From the human T2T-CHM13v2.0 reference genome, Homo sapiens: DNA of 64,000 bases. The translations under genes and the position numbers were made by a program. Each line of letters opens with the position of its first letter. Positions within the stretch are counted from its first letter, which is position 1. The DNA lies in assembly GCF_009914755.1 (NCBI RefSeq), contig NC_060931.1; one strand, 5' to 3'. A model generated the notes under the pieces. That model searched no databases. It was not told where the DNA came from and worked only from the letters and a program-made list of their open reading frames with translations. Positions 48,640 through 64,000 of this stretch are shown here, in pieces.

Positions 48640-49121
48640 TTTTCTTTTTCTCCTGAATAGAGATATATAACAGATATCAAGATATTCCTAAATAATACAG
48701 CATAAACCTCCTAAGAACAAAAATATTCTTCTACATAACCACAGTAAAATTATCATACCAAAGAAGTTTAATATGATTATCTAATTAAGTCCATATTCAC
48801 ATTACCCTGTTGTCCAAGTAATGTCCTTCATAGCTTTTTTGTTGCTGTTTATCCAAAAATCTAATCAATTGCACTTAGTTTTTAATGTTCTTTTAGTCTC
48901 CTTTAATCCAGAACAGTTCTACAGCTTTGTGTTTGTGTTCTATGACATCGACATTTTTCAAAAATTGAGGCCGATTTTTTTGTTGAATGTCCCCCAAGTT
49001 AAATTGGATTGTTTTCTCATGATTAGATTTAGGTGCAATATTTTTGACAATCATACTAAGTAGATGATGCTGTGTTTTCAGTGCATCATATCAGGAGGCT
49101 CTTGATTTCAATCAGTCCCAC
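48640..49121 (-). mobile_element. Old L1MC/ME 3' region
   Basis: ATTCTTCTACATAACCACAG...TTAGTCTCCTTTAATCCAGAACAG...TGCATCATATCAGGAGGC. Confidence 0.65.
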
Positions 49122-51960
<2,839 letters not shown>

Positions 51961-52153
51961 AAAAGGGAAGCTTTTCTCAACTACATTTGGTCTTGCTGGG
52001 AGGAGAGAGAGGCAGGGATGTGAAAAGCAGACATGGGCAGGATCATCAGAGCTGCCCCTGAAGAGTCCGTCCCAAAAGCTGGCATCCAGACCCTAGCCAG
52101 GCACCCTCCATAGGACGTCCTCTTCAGTCACTCCCTAGAAAAGTCTGAATAGG

Positions 52154-52464
<311 letters not shown>

Positions 52465-52678
52465 AGAAAAGTCTGAATAGGCATGGAAATTACCTGCTGC
52501 CCTGCTGCAGATGGCTCAGGGCTCTTACAGGCCATTATCACATAAATAAAGCACATGACTCGAAGCAGCAATGCATGATAAGTGGGTTAACTATTATCCC
52601 TCTTTTTATAATATAGAAACAGAGGTACCAAGGATACTGAAGATCAAGCCAAAGAATAGTAGTAAGATCCCTAACAGT

Positions 52679-52968
52679 GGCCAGGCATGGTGGCTCATGC
52701 CTGTAATACCAGCATTTTGGGAGGCCAAGGCAGGCAGATCACTTGATGTCAGGAGTTTGAGACCAGCCTGGCTAACATGGTGAAACCCCATCTCTACTAA
52801 AAATACAAAAACTAGCTAGGGGTGGTGGCCCACACCTGTAGTCCCAGCTACTCAGGAGGCTGAGGCAGGAGAATCATGTGAACTTTGGAGGTGGAGATTG
52901 CAGCGAGCCACAATTCCGCCACTGCACTCCAGCCTGGGTGACACACAGCAAGGCTCCGTCTCAAAAAA
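52679..52968 (+). mobile_element. AluS
   Basis: TSD AAGATCCCTA(A/T)CA. Confidence 0.95.
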
Positions 52969-53031
52969 AAGATCCCTATCAAATGCTTTCCATTTCCCAT
53001 TTCAAATAAGGATTATTAAAAAGCTTAAACA

Positions 53032-53308
53032 TGCTGGGTGCAGTGGCTCACACCTGTAATCCCAGCACTTTGGGAGGCCAAGACGGGTGGATCACCTGAG
53101 GTGAGGAGTTTGGGACTAGCCTGGCCAACATGGTGAAACGTCTTCTCTACTAAAAATACAAAAATTACCTGGGTTTGGTGGTGGGCACCTGTAATCCCAG
53201 CTACTCGCGAGGCTGAGGCAGGAGGCAGAGGTTGCAGTGAGTTGAGATCATGCCACCGCACTCCAGCCTGGGTGACAGAGTGAGACTCCATCTCAAAAAA
53301 AAAAAAAA
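53032..53308 (+). mobile_element. AluSx-like with ~19-bp right-arm deletion
   Basis: GAGGCAGGAGGCAGAGG junction; TSD AAAAAGCTTAAACA. Confidence 0.95.
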
Positions 53309-53511
53309 AAAAAGCTTAAACACAAATAGAGAAAAGAGTATAGTGAGCCCTCACGCACCCATCACTGAACTACAATTAGCAACCCATAGCCAAGCTTATT
53401 TCATCACTCATTCTACCCTCTTCCATACTGTCTTAAAGCAAATCCCAACCATTATGTCACTTCATCCAGAAACGGTTTAGTATGAACTCTGAAAGATTAA
53501 GAGCACTTTTG

Positions 53512-55314
53512 ACAAAAAAAATAAAATACCTAGGAATACAGCTAACAAGGGAAGTGAAGGATCTCTTCAAGGAGAACTACAAACCACTGCTCAAAGAAAT
53601 CAGAGAGGACACAAACAAATGGAAAAACATTCCATGTTCATGGATAGGAAGAATCAATATGGTGAAAATGGCCATACTGCCCAAAGCAATTTATAGATTC
53701 AATGCTATCCCCATTAAACTACCATTGACATTCTTCACATAATTAGAAGAAAACTATTTTAAAATCCATATGGACCTAAAAAAAAGAGCCTGAATAGTGA
53801 AGACAATCCTAAGCAAAAAGAACAAAGCTGGAGGCATCACACTACCTGACTTCAAACTACACTACAAGGCTCCAGTAACCAAAACAGCATGGTACTGGTA
53901 CAAGAACAGACACATAGACCAATGGAACAGAATAGAGAACCCAGAAATAAGACCACATACCTACAACCAGCTGATCTTCAACAAACCTGACAAAAACAAG
54001 CAATGGGGAAAGGATTCCCTATTCAGTAAGTGGTGCTGGCAGAATTGGCTAGCCATATGCAGAAAATTGAAACTGGATCCCTTCCTTACACTATATACAA
54101 AAATTAACTCAAGATGGATTAAAGACTTACGTGCAAAACCCAAGACTATAAAAATCCTAGAAGAAAATCTAGGCAATACCATTTGGGACATAGGCACAGG
54201 CAAAGATTTCATGACAAAAATGCCAAATGCAATTAAATGAAAGCAAAAATTGACAAATGGGATCTAATTAAACTAAAGAGCTTCTGCACAGCAAAAGAAA
54301 CTATCATCAGAGTGAACAGACAACCTACAGAGTGGGAGAAAATTTTTGCAATCTATCCATCTGACAAAGGTCTAATATTCAGAGTCTACAAGGAACTTAA
54401 ACGTATAAGAAAAAAACAAACAGCTCCATTACAAAGTGGGCAAAGGACATGAACAGACACTTCTTAAAAGAAGATATTCATGCGGCCAACAAACATAAAA
54501 AAAAGCTCAACATCACTGATAATTCAAGAAATGAAAATCAAAACCACAACGAGATACCATCTCACACCAGCCAAAATGGCTATTATTAAAAAGCCAAAAA
54601 AAAAAAAAAACACAGATACTGACAAGGTTGTAGAGAAAAAGGGATGCTTTTACACTCTTGGTGGCATGTAAATTATTTCAACCTATGTGGAAGACAGTGT
54701 GGTGATTCCTCAAAGACCTAGAGACAGAAATACCATTTGACCCAATAATCCCATTACTGGGTATATACCCAAAGAAATATAAATCATTTTACTATAAAGA
54801 CATATGTATGTTTATTGCAGCACTATTCACAATAGCAAAGACATGGAATCAACCCAAATACCCATCAATGATAGACTGGATTAAAAAAAATGTGGTACAT
54901 ATATACCATGGAATACTATGCAGCCATTAAAAGGAATGAGATCATGTCCTTTGCAGGGATATGACTGGAGCTGGAGGCCATTATCCTCAGCAAACTAATG
55001 CAGGAACAGAAAATCAAATACCCCATGTTCTTACTTATAAGTGGGAGCTGAATGATGAGAACACATGGATACATGGAGGGAAAAAACACACACTGAAGCC
55101 TGTTGGAGAGTGGGGGGTGGGAGGAGGGAGAGCATCAGGAAGAATAGCTAATGGATGCCAGGCTTAATACCTAGGCGATGGGATGATCTGTGCAGCAAAC
55201 CACCATGGCACATGTTTACCTATGTATGAACTTGCACATCCTACACATGTACCTCTGAACTTACAATAAATAAGTAAATAAATTTTTAAAGCATTAAAAA
55301 ATAAAATAAAATAA
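53512..55314 (+). mobile_element. L1PA (about PA12-15), 5'-truncated
   Basis: ORF2 C-terminal fragments; 3'UTR GAGAGCATCAGGAAGAATAGCTAATGGATGC; TSD AAAGAT(T)AAG(A/G)GCACTTTT. Confidence 0.93.
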
Positions 55315-55759
55315 AAAGATAAGGGCACTTTTTTACAATGTAGTCATGTTACCAATATCATACCTTAGAAAGAATTAATTTCCTCAGTAGCATCAAATAT
55401 CCAATCAGTATTTAGGTGACCAATTATCTATAAATGTCATAAATATTTTTAAATTTGTTTGAATTAGGGTCCAAATAAGGTTCACATGTTCAGATTGGTT
55501 AATATGTCTATTAAATCTATAAGGTTCCCCTTCATATTGTTTTTCTTTGACATTTACTTATTGAAGAAACCAAGTCTTTCATGGTGTCATGTTCACCTTA
55601 GTATGGATTTATCTGATTGAATCACTGAGGTGTCATTTAACATATTTCTCTGTCTTCTGTTATTTTCTGCAAATTGGTAATTGAAGACTTGATCCACCTT
55701 TTTGCAAACTTCTTCATAGGTGTTGCTGTGTACTTCCAGGAGGAACATATAATGTAGGA

Positions 55760-55767
55760 CTCTCTCT

Positions 55768-55835
<68 letters not shown>
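55760..55835. repeat. Compound (CT)n(AT)n microsatellite
   Basis: Direct reading. Confidence 0.95.
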
Positions 55836-55910
55836 GAAGTTATCTACCATTAATATCCAAAGCCTAGCTATCTTAATTCATTACTGGCATTACTGGTCAG
55901 GAAAAGGTAA

Positions 55911-56228
<318 letters not shown>

Positions 56229-56399
56229 TGACATACATCCACAAAAAGAAAATGTTCTCTTTTGCTGTCTGGGTTGCCCATTGCTGTAGTACACAGAACG
56301 AAGTTAAGTTAAAGGTTTGATTCTTTCATTTATGTACCACTTTTTAACGTGCCACTTTTCAAAAAAACGAGTTGATTCACTAGCATTCTCCAATAGTAA

Positions 56400-56699
<300 letters not shown>

Positions 56700-56874
56700 A
56701 GTTTCTTTTTCAATGTTGTCAAGACCATCAATTTAAACATATTTAATAGATGAAGGAGACATAAAATTAGAAAGATATAGAATACTTAAAACTTAATTAA
56801 CATTTTCTCCTGTTTCTTGGGACAGAGGAAAAAAACATAATTAACAAGCTTGCATCAATAATTGAAGAAAATAC

Positions 56875-57095
56875 ATTTTTAATTGAAAAATAATTCACAT
56901 ACCATAAAATTCATGCTTTTAAAAATGTTTTTTATGTATTCAGAAAGTTGTGCTATCCAATTCCAGAACATTTTGCAACTCCCAAAAGAAACCCATACCC
57001 ATTAGCAGTCATTCTCTGTTCCCTTCTCACCCCACCCGCACCCTGCCCCTGGCAATCACCGATCTATTAATACTTTCTGTTTCTATGGATTTGCC
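56875..57095 (-). mobile_element. L1MB-type 3' end fragment
   Basis: TAATTCACATACCATAAAATTC...CCCATTAGCAGTCA...TCTATGGATTTGCCT. Confidence 0.75.
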
Positions 57096-60000
57096 TAAAA
57101 AATACATTCTTTTTAAGTACATTTGTAACATCTGAGAAAATGTAAACTAAGTCTGTTTCTTTAAATGTAAAGGAAATAAAAGCCAGAAGGCAAATTCCAA
57201 CAACATTCAAAGGATTGATATTAAATCATTCACATTATTTGACAAAAATACAAATAAATCTAAAACAAATAACAAATAAAATTATGCCACAAAATAATAA
57301 AATAATACCACATTGGAAGATGAACAATACATTTATTTGACTCACGGATTAGAGACCATGGATCATAATGCCGATATCTATACTATGTAAGATATTCCCT
57401 CCTTTGTAGTACCTATTTAAACCTAAATTTTAAAATATTAAATGGCAACCTGAAGGTATTCAAGAGCATTTTAAAATCCTGTTGTGGAGTGTGAAAGGAA
57501 GAGAGGAAGAAAGGAAGGAGGGCCACTGGTCTAAAGAGTCCTTGAGAAGGCTGCTGGGGCTGGCCATGCTCAAGGAGATGGTGCTCACCTGCGGCCAGGT
57601 GGGCAGCAGGGAGAGGTGACACGTGGCAGAGCTGGAGTTTCAGAACAATGGCCATGCTGTGAGTCCTGGCACTGTCCATTAGGGCGAAAAGCTTTTCTGC
57701 TGGGAGTGAGAGGCCTCATGACTCGGTGCTAGGAGCCCCCTCGGTCATGAGAACACGGGTGCATCCCCAAAACCTCCTTTGCATCAGATCCCTGCAGCAG
57801 TGAAGCACATTCCCACTGCTCCTTCCATTTACGTCCACCAATTGATGGTCACTCCGCCAGCTGAATGATGGATAAGAATCCCTCTCAAATGTTAAAGGAC
57901 TTCTAGTCATCCAAATTTCTGATTTCACATCAACTTGTTAAGATCACACAAAACCTGCATTTCAAGTCGCCCCAGCATTTTCACCCTGTAGTACCTTTGG
58001 CAACATCACTGCAATGCTTTCTGTCAGCCAATGTGGATCAAAACTGCCAGCAGAACATACTATTTTCTGCCATGATTGGCAGAAAGCAGGAGCACAGTTA
58101 TGGAGTAAACAGATTGGCCGGCACTTGGCAAGCTGAGGAAACCACACGTACTTGGCCCTCTCTGGCCCCTGGGACACATCCAACTCTGCTATATTAGTGA
58201 CTGTGATACTGTACTCTCCAGAATTCCAAAGTATGAGCTATTTCTGAGGGAAACGGGTCAAGCTGACTCAGCCTGTGTACAGTTGCTGAACAGAGCTCCA
58301 GTCAAGTGATGCTGCAGGGAAATGCAGCAGGAGCATCCTGGCCTGGTGTTTTGCTAAGGCCGGTGGTCTTGCCAGAGTAGGAGGTACATACAGGGCACTA
58401 CTGGGGGGCAGTGGCAGGAATTCAGCACCCACAGCAGGATGCAGACTCTGGCTCCCCACAGTATTGGCAGCAAATTCCAGAGACCCATGATCAGTAGGCA
58501 TCTAAGGACGCTAAGGCACTCTTTGAGCAATAAGAATAGTTTGTGGGTCCTATACCCACAAACCCAGATCCCTCTCCTCTCACTTTACCAGGAAACAAAG
58601 TGAAAGGAGGGTGGCCTGGGCTTCCAATATTGATTGGTTTTGTTGCTAAGAAAAGCAATTCATTCCTCTTTCCGTTATTGTCTTTTCTTAGACTGGTGGC
58701 CAAGAAACAATAGTCACGTATGAAACTCCAAGTTGTTTGAAAATTTAATGTGAAACAGTAGTTAGTGAGTTTTCCTTCATGCCAAACTGTCCTGCTAAAA
58801 CAAACGTCAGGTGGCTGTCACCTCAGCCAAGATGTAAGGACTCACAGACGGCCAGCCATGAAGCCATTGGCCAAGGGCCCACAGGACATCTGTTCTGGGT
58901 CTGCCACCGAGTGTGAGCCAAGAAAGTCAGATCTGAGAATAAAATATTTCCAAATATTATTTTCCTCTGGACCTGATTTACAAAGCATAACACAAGCTGG
59001 GGAAGAGGGAGTTTTTCCAGATAAACAACCTGGCATAGGGGGAGGTCATGTTATTTTAAACATGGAGCTCATACAGGAGAGTTTCTGGTCCCCAAGATCA
59101 GGGAGCATTCGCTGTGATGGTAATTTTCATTATTTTATGCTAACTCTGAAATACGTAGCATTCCAACATCAGTCTAAAAAAAGGCGCTCACTAGAGGAAA
59201 GTGAGCCAGCAAGCACCTGTCCTCCACGAACAGAGGCCCTTGACATTTGGCTCCGCCACAGTTAGAGGGAAGGACTCCTCCAAGAAGTCAGCTCCTGCTG
59301 TTGCCTTCTCTTCCATTTCTACTCTCCCACGATTTCTCCCCAGGAGAACATACACACAGGCATTGACAAGCAGAGCTATTATGTGACATTGTATGCAGAC
59401 CTCATGGTAAAATTATTGGCACAGCTTGTGTAAATTACAGATGCACATTTTCTTAATCAACCCAGGCTCTATACATTAATTGCATAGATCTTCCAATTCA
59501 GGCTCACCTACTTTTTTCTTGAATAAGGTAGCAGTTGTTTTTTAAAATATAATAATAATACATGCTGACTATCAAAAGCTTAAGAAATAAAAAATTCAAA
59601 TTGACAACAATCCTTCCACTAGTGAAACCTACTGTATTATAACACTGAATATAATACATATGTACATAAATATACACACGCACACATGCACACTGAAATC
59701 TTGGCATTCATGGGGTAAACATTTGCAATTTCAGCTCTTCCTCGGTAACTCCAGTTTGCACCCCTGCAAGGCACAAATCTCAATCTGGTGTGTGGGAGAA
59801 TATTGCTAAGCTAATGAGCAATCCTGCAGAAGTTCCTACCATGATGCCTAGATCTCTGGATGTCATAGATAATGCACAAGCGGATTTGAATCCAATCCAT
59901 GTCAATAGATTTATTTGAAAATCCTACCGATAGTGACAGAGACCTGTTCATGCTCAGCATGTAGAGGAAGTGGGTGGAGTTAATAAACAGGCTATCCATA

Positions 60001-60759
60001 GATGTGAGTGGAAACAAAGGGAAATACATATGGAACACACAACGAGTAGAAAGGAAAACCAGGGAGGCAGACCAGGGCAATGCTCTCTCCCCTGCCTGAG
60101 GGATTTCCTCGCCTCTACTTGCTGCTTTCTGTGCCTTCCACCACAGTTATCTCTGCTTCTTCCACTTCCGAATGCCTAAAAATGGCCATTTCAGCACCCA
60201 AGAATAAATGAATCTTAGTCCAATTTCCCCAAGAAACTGAGTTTCTGTCTGAATTTCAACATCACTGGGATATAATCAGATTGGCATGGCTCATCGTTGA
60301 TTGCCAGGCCAAGGACTGCTAGCCAGGCTTTGGAAGGATGGTCCTGGAGGCCAATATATACCCTGACCTCATCAGCTGGTCCTGTGGCTCTCGAAGAATA
60401 GCCTTCCTCAGACAGGACACGGACTGGTTGGTATACAGAGCCTCAGACTGCTCAAATCTGGCACTTTGTCTTTAATGTGACAGGGCAACCTTCTTTCTTT
60501 GCCACTATAAAACAGATGCAACTTTATTTCTAGTATTTTCTACCCAAGTTTTCCACTTAGTGTTAACACTCTTAACACATTTTGTAAAAATTTAAATACA
60601 TTTTAACACATTTTCTTAACACATACTTAACCAACCTCCTTGCTACACTCTTTGCCCACGTTAGAGTTCAATTCAGTACAACATAGCTCATCTTTTCCTC
60701 CATACTCTGTACCTATTTGTGTACTAATGGTGGCCCATTCTAAAATCTTTACCACTGGG

Positions 60760-61515
<756 letters not shown>

Positions 61516-61964
61516 CCGGGTGAGCCCAGTATCTCTGTATGCGCTGCTCTTGGCTTTATTCACATTTCTAATGGTAGAAACGGTAGGATGGCACGGAGTT
61601 CAGAAAAGTAAGGATTTATGTTAACCTCTGTATAGATACAGGACATTTTGATACCACTATTTTCCAGCCTGATGGATTTTTGACTCTGTGATTATGAACA
61701 CAAACATCTTATTGAAAATTATATAACTATTGATAAATTTTACTTCAGAAAACATTTACCAAAGCAAAATCCATTGATCTATTTTCATTGATAATTTATG
61801 TAACACATAAAGTGTTTCCATCTCTTTGTTTTCATTTTTATTTCATGGAAAATATTTTATTTGGAATGGATTATTGTGAATAGTACATTTGTTTTTCTTC
61901 TGTACATCATATTGAATCTGCTTCAGTGCCTCATGCAGCCAAAATGGAAGTACCAATTGAGGGC

Positions 61965-63902
61965 TGTATGAGTCAGGGTCCTGAGAGGACACACATTGCC
62001 CACTCAGCCGAGATATTTTCCTTTTTAGCTTAAGAGATTGCTGTTTTGGCTTTTATTATATATTATTCAAAAAACAAACTAAAGTTACACATCATTACTT
62101 GAATTTTAGTAGTTTCTGACCTTTGACACTTAAAAGTGGTTGTCTTAGTTCATTTGGGTGGCTATAACAGAACACACAGACTGGGTAATCTATAATAAAC
62201 AGGTATGTATTTGGTTTACAGTTCTGGAGGTCAGGAAGTCCAAGAGCATGCTGCTGGCATTTGTCAAAGGCCTTCCTGCTGTGTCATCCCATGGTGGAAG
62301 GCAGAAGGGCCAGAGAGGGTGATGGCAAGCTCAATTCACATCCATCACAAGCCCACTCTGGCAACAGTGAATCCACTCCCTCAATAATAACATTAATCCT
62401 TTCATGAAGGCAGGTCCCTCATGGCCTAATCACCTCTAAATGGTCCCACCTCTCAATACTGTTTTATGGAATTGTGTCCAACACTTGAATTTTGGGGGAC
62501 ACATTCAAACTATAGCGATCATGAAAAATCTTTTTTATTATCTCAAATGTCACCAAAATCTCTAGGCTTTTCCTTTATAGTCAATAAAAGTGTAATTAAA
62601 TACATGAAAAAATCTCCAGTTTTGTTATTTCAAACTCCATTTAAATTTGACTGTTGGCTCAAAATTCAGTGAGCTACCCTTTTATCAAATCACTGTCCTT
62701 AGAGAATCCATGGTTAAATTAATACATCCAGTATTTGTTGTCATTGATAGTAATGGTAAAATTTTGTTTGTGGGAATTTTGGCTAAATTAAGATTCCTAC
62801 ATAAAGAGGCATTCAGAGGTCCAAACATCATTCCACTGCAATTAAGCTAGTTTCTCATTCCTTCCTTTCCTGAAATAACATTTTTTTTCCTAGAGAAGCA
62901 GTTAATAAAATTTCTTTTCAATATGCTTCATAGAAATCAGAATGTTTTCCAATAAAAACAGCTTCTCGCTGTTTTTCACTCTGGTCATCTTAGCTCTGCA
63001 TAGATACATTGAGTTTATTTTAGGTGTCTAAATGAATGTGCTGCATGCTGTAGAGAAGGAATAAATGCCCTATTTTTGAAGACATAATTTCCATTTTTGC
63101 TTAGTTGAGAGGCAGCATTGCTGCATGGAGAAGCTCCATTGCTTCTCTATAAGAAAGAAAGATTGCTTGCTTGGTACCAATTTCTAAAGAGAAAGCACAA
63201 AGGATCATTGGTTTAGAGCAAGTCCTGTGATATGACAGCTCCCACAGTTTCCCAGAATATCCTTTAGTTTTAAAGCAGGCAAAGGCAGGTAGACAACAGC
63301 CAAGCATACAAAGAACAATCATGCTTTGAAGATTTTTTCCTTAATGGCCGAGTTTCTTTCTAGCATAGAAGTGGTGCCATCAATGCAAGTGAGTGATGTG
63401 ATCATGCCCTTTAGAAGTCTCTTCAGATGGAACCAAGTGCTTTCACTCGGGGTTTACGCCAGTGATTCACAGTCATGTGGGATTTTTGAAGACACTTTTA
63501 AATGAAGGGAATGATTACACAGACTGGGCAGAGTTAAGGGACACAGAGGGTATACTGAGGTACCGTGGGAAGCTTTATCATCCCAGGCAATGGTGTTACC
63601 AGAGCCTGGGTGAAAGCTAGAGTTCTAGAAGAATCTACGCATAGAGGGTGCATTCCCTGCCAGAACCATGCCAAAGCAGGGAGAAAGAAAGAAAAATACA
63701 TACCCAACTTCCCTCCCCTCCCACTCTCTGACCCCCTATCAGTCAGTGCTTCCCCTTGACCAACCCTTTGGGAAATCCAAGGGCATGAGAGCAGGAGGGC
63801 AATGTCCGCAGGAGGCGGCATCCCAAAGCACAGAGCAGAAAAACAGAGGGTGGAGAGTGGACTGAGAGGTTGGGTGGGGAAGAACAGAGTATCACCAGCA
63901 CA
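61965..63902 (-). mobile_element. LTR33-like ERVL LTR split into 61965-62015 and 63478-63902
   Basis: TGTATGAGTCAGGGTCC...CACTCA and ...AGGGTGGAGAGTGGA...CCAGCACA match the two ends of LTR33 antisense. Confidence 0.7.
62141..62517 (-). mobile_element. MST (MSTC/D-like) LTR
   Basis: TGTCTTAGTTCATTTGGGTGGCTATAAC...GGACACATTCAAACTATAGC. Confidence 0.8.
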
Positions 63903-64000
63903 GGTAGCATCCCCTCTACTCAGATAGCACAGATGACCCAGATCATTCCAGAAGAGTCCATTGGTTTACAGTCTGCTTCTGTCACTCTGGCTCTGAGAAG

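Noticed and set aside
58765-59265. 166-aa ORF
   Set aside because: GTG start, no recognisable homology or exon structure

Overview
Primate (hominoid, most likely human) genomic DNA: it contains AluJ/S/Y, L1PA elements and an SVA. The window is dominated by retroelements, and I can support no intact protein-coding gene, tRNA, rRNA or CRISPR array. The recognisable ORF-track proteins are L1 ORF1/ORF2 fragments, Alu/SVA pseudo-ORFs and one broken ERV env TM fragment. Main content: a cluster of MER4-group ERV1 elements (a two-LTR MER57 provirus with tRNA-Leu PBS and env immunosuppressive-domain remnant, a half-deleted MER4 provirus, and several solo LTRs with 4-bp TSDs), MaLR LTRs, several L1s, about 23 Alus, hAT MITEs and two minisatellites. 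Most notable: (1) a 3'-truncated SVA plus 2.3 kb of non-SVA DNA bracketed by an 18-bp direct repeat ending exactly at the SVA 5' end; (2) three Alus of different subfamilies inserted at one target motif; (3) a rearrangement scar near a 3'-truncated L1 (templated 47-bp copy, 29-bp duplication, fold-back hairpin); (4) an unidentified, polyadenylated-looking 1.46-kb insert splitting an LTR33. Repeat subfamily names come from recalled consensus sequences and need RepeatMasker/Dfam confirmation.
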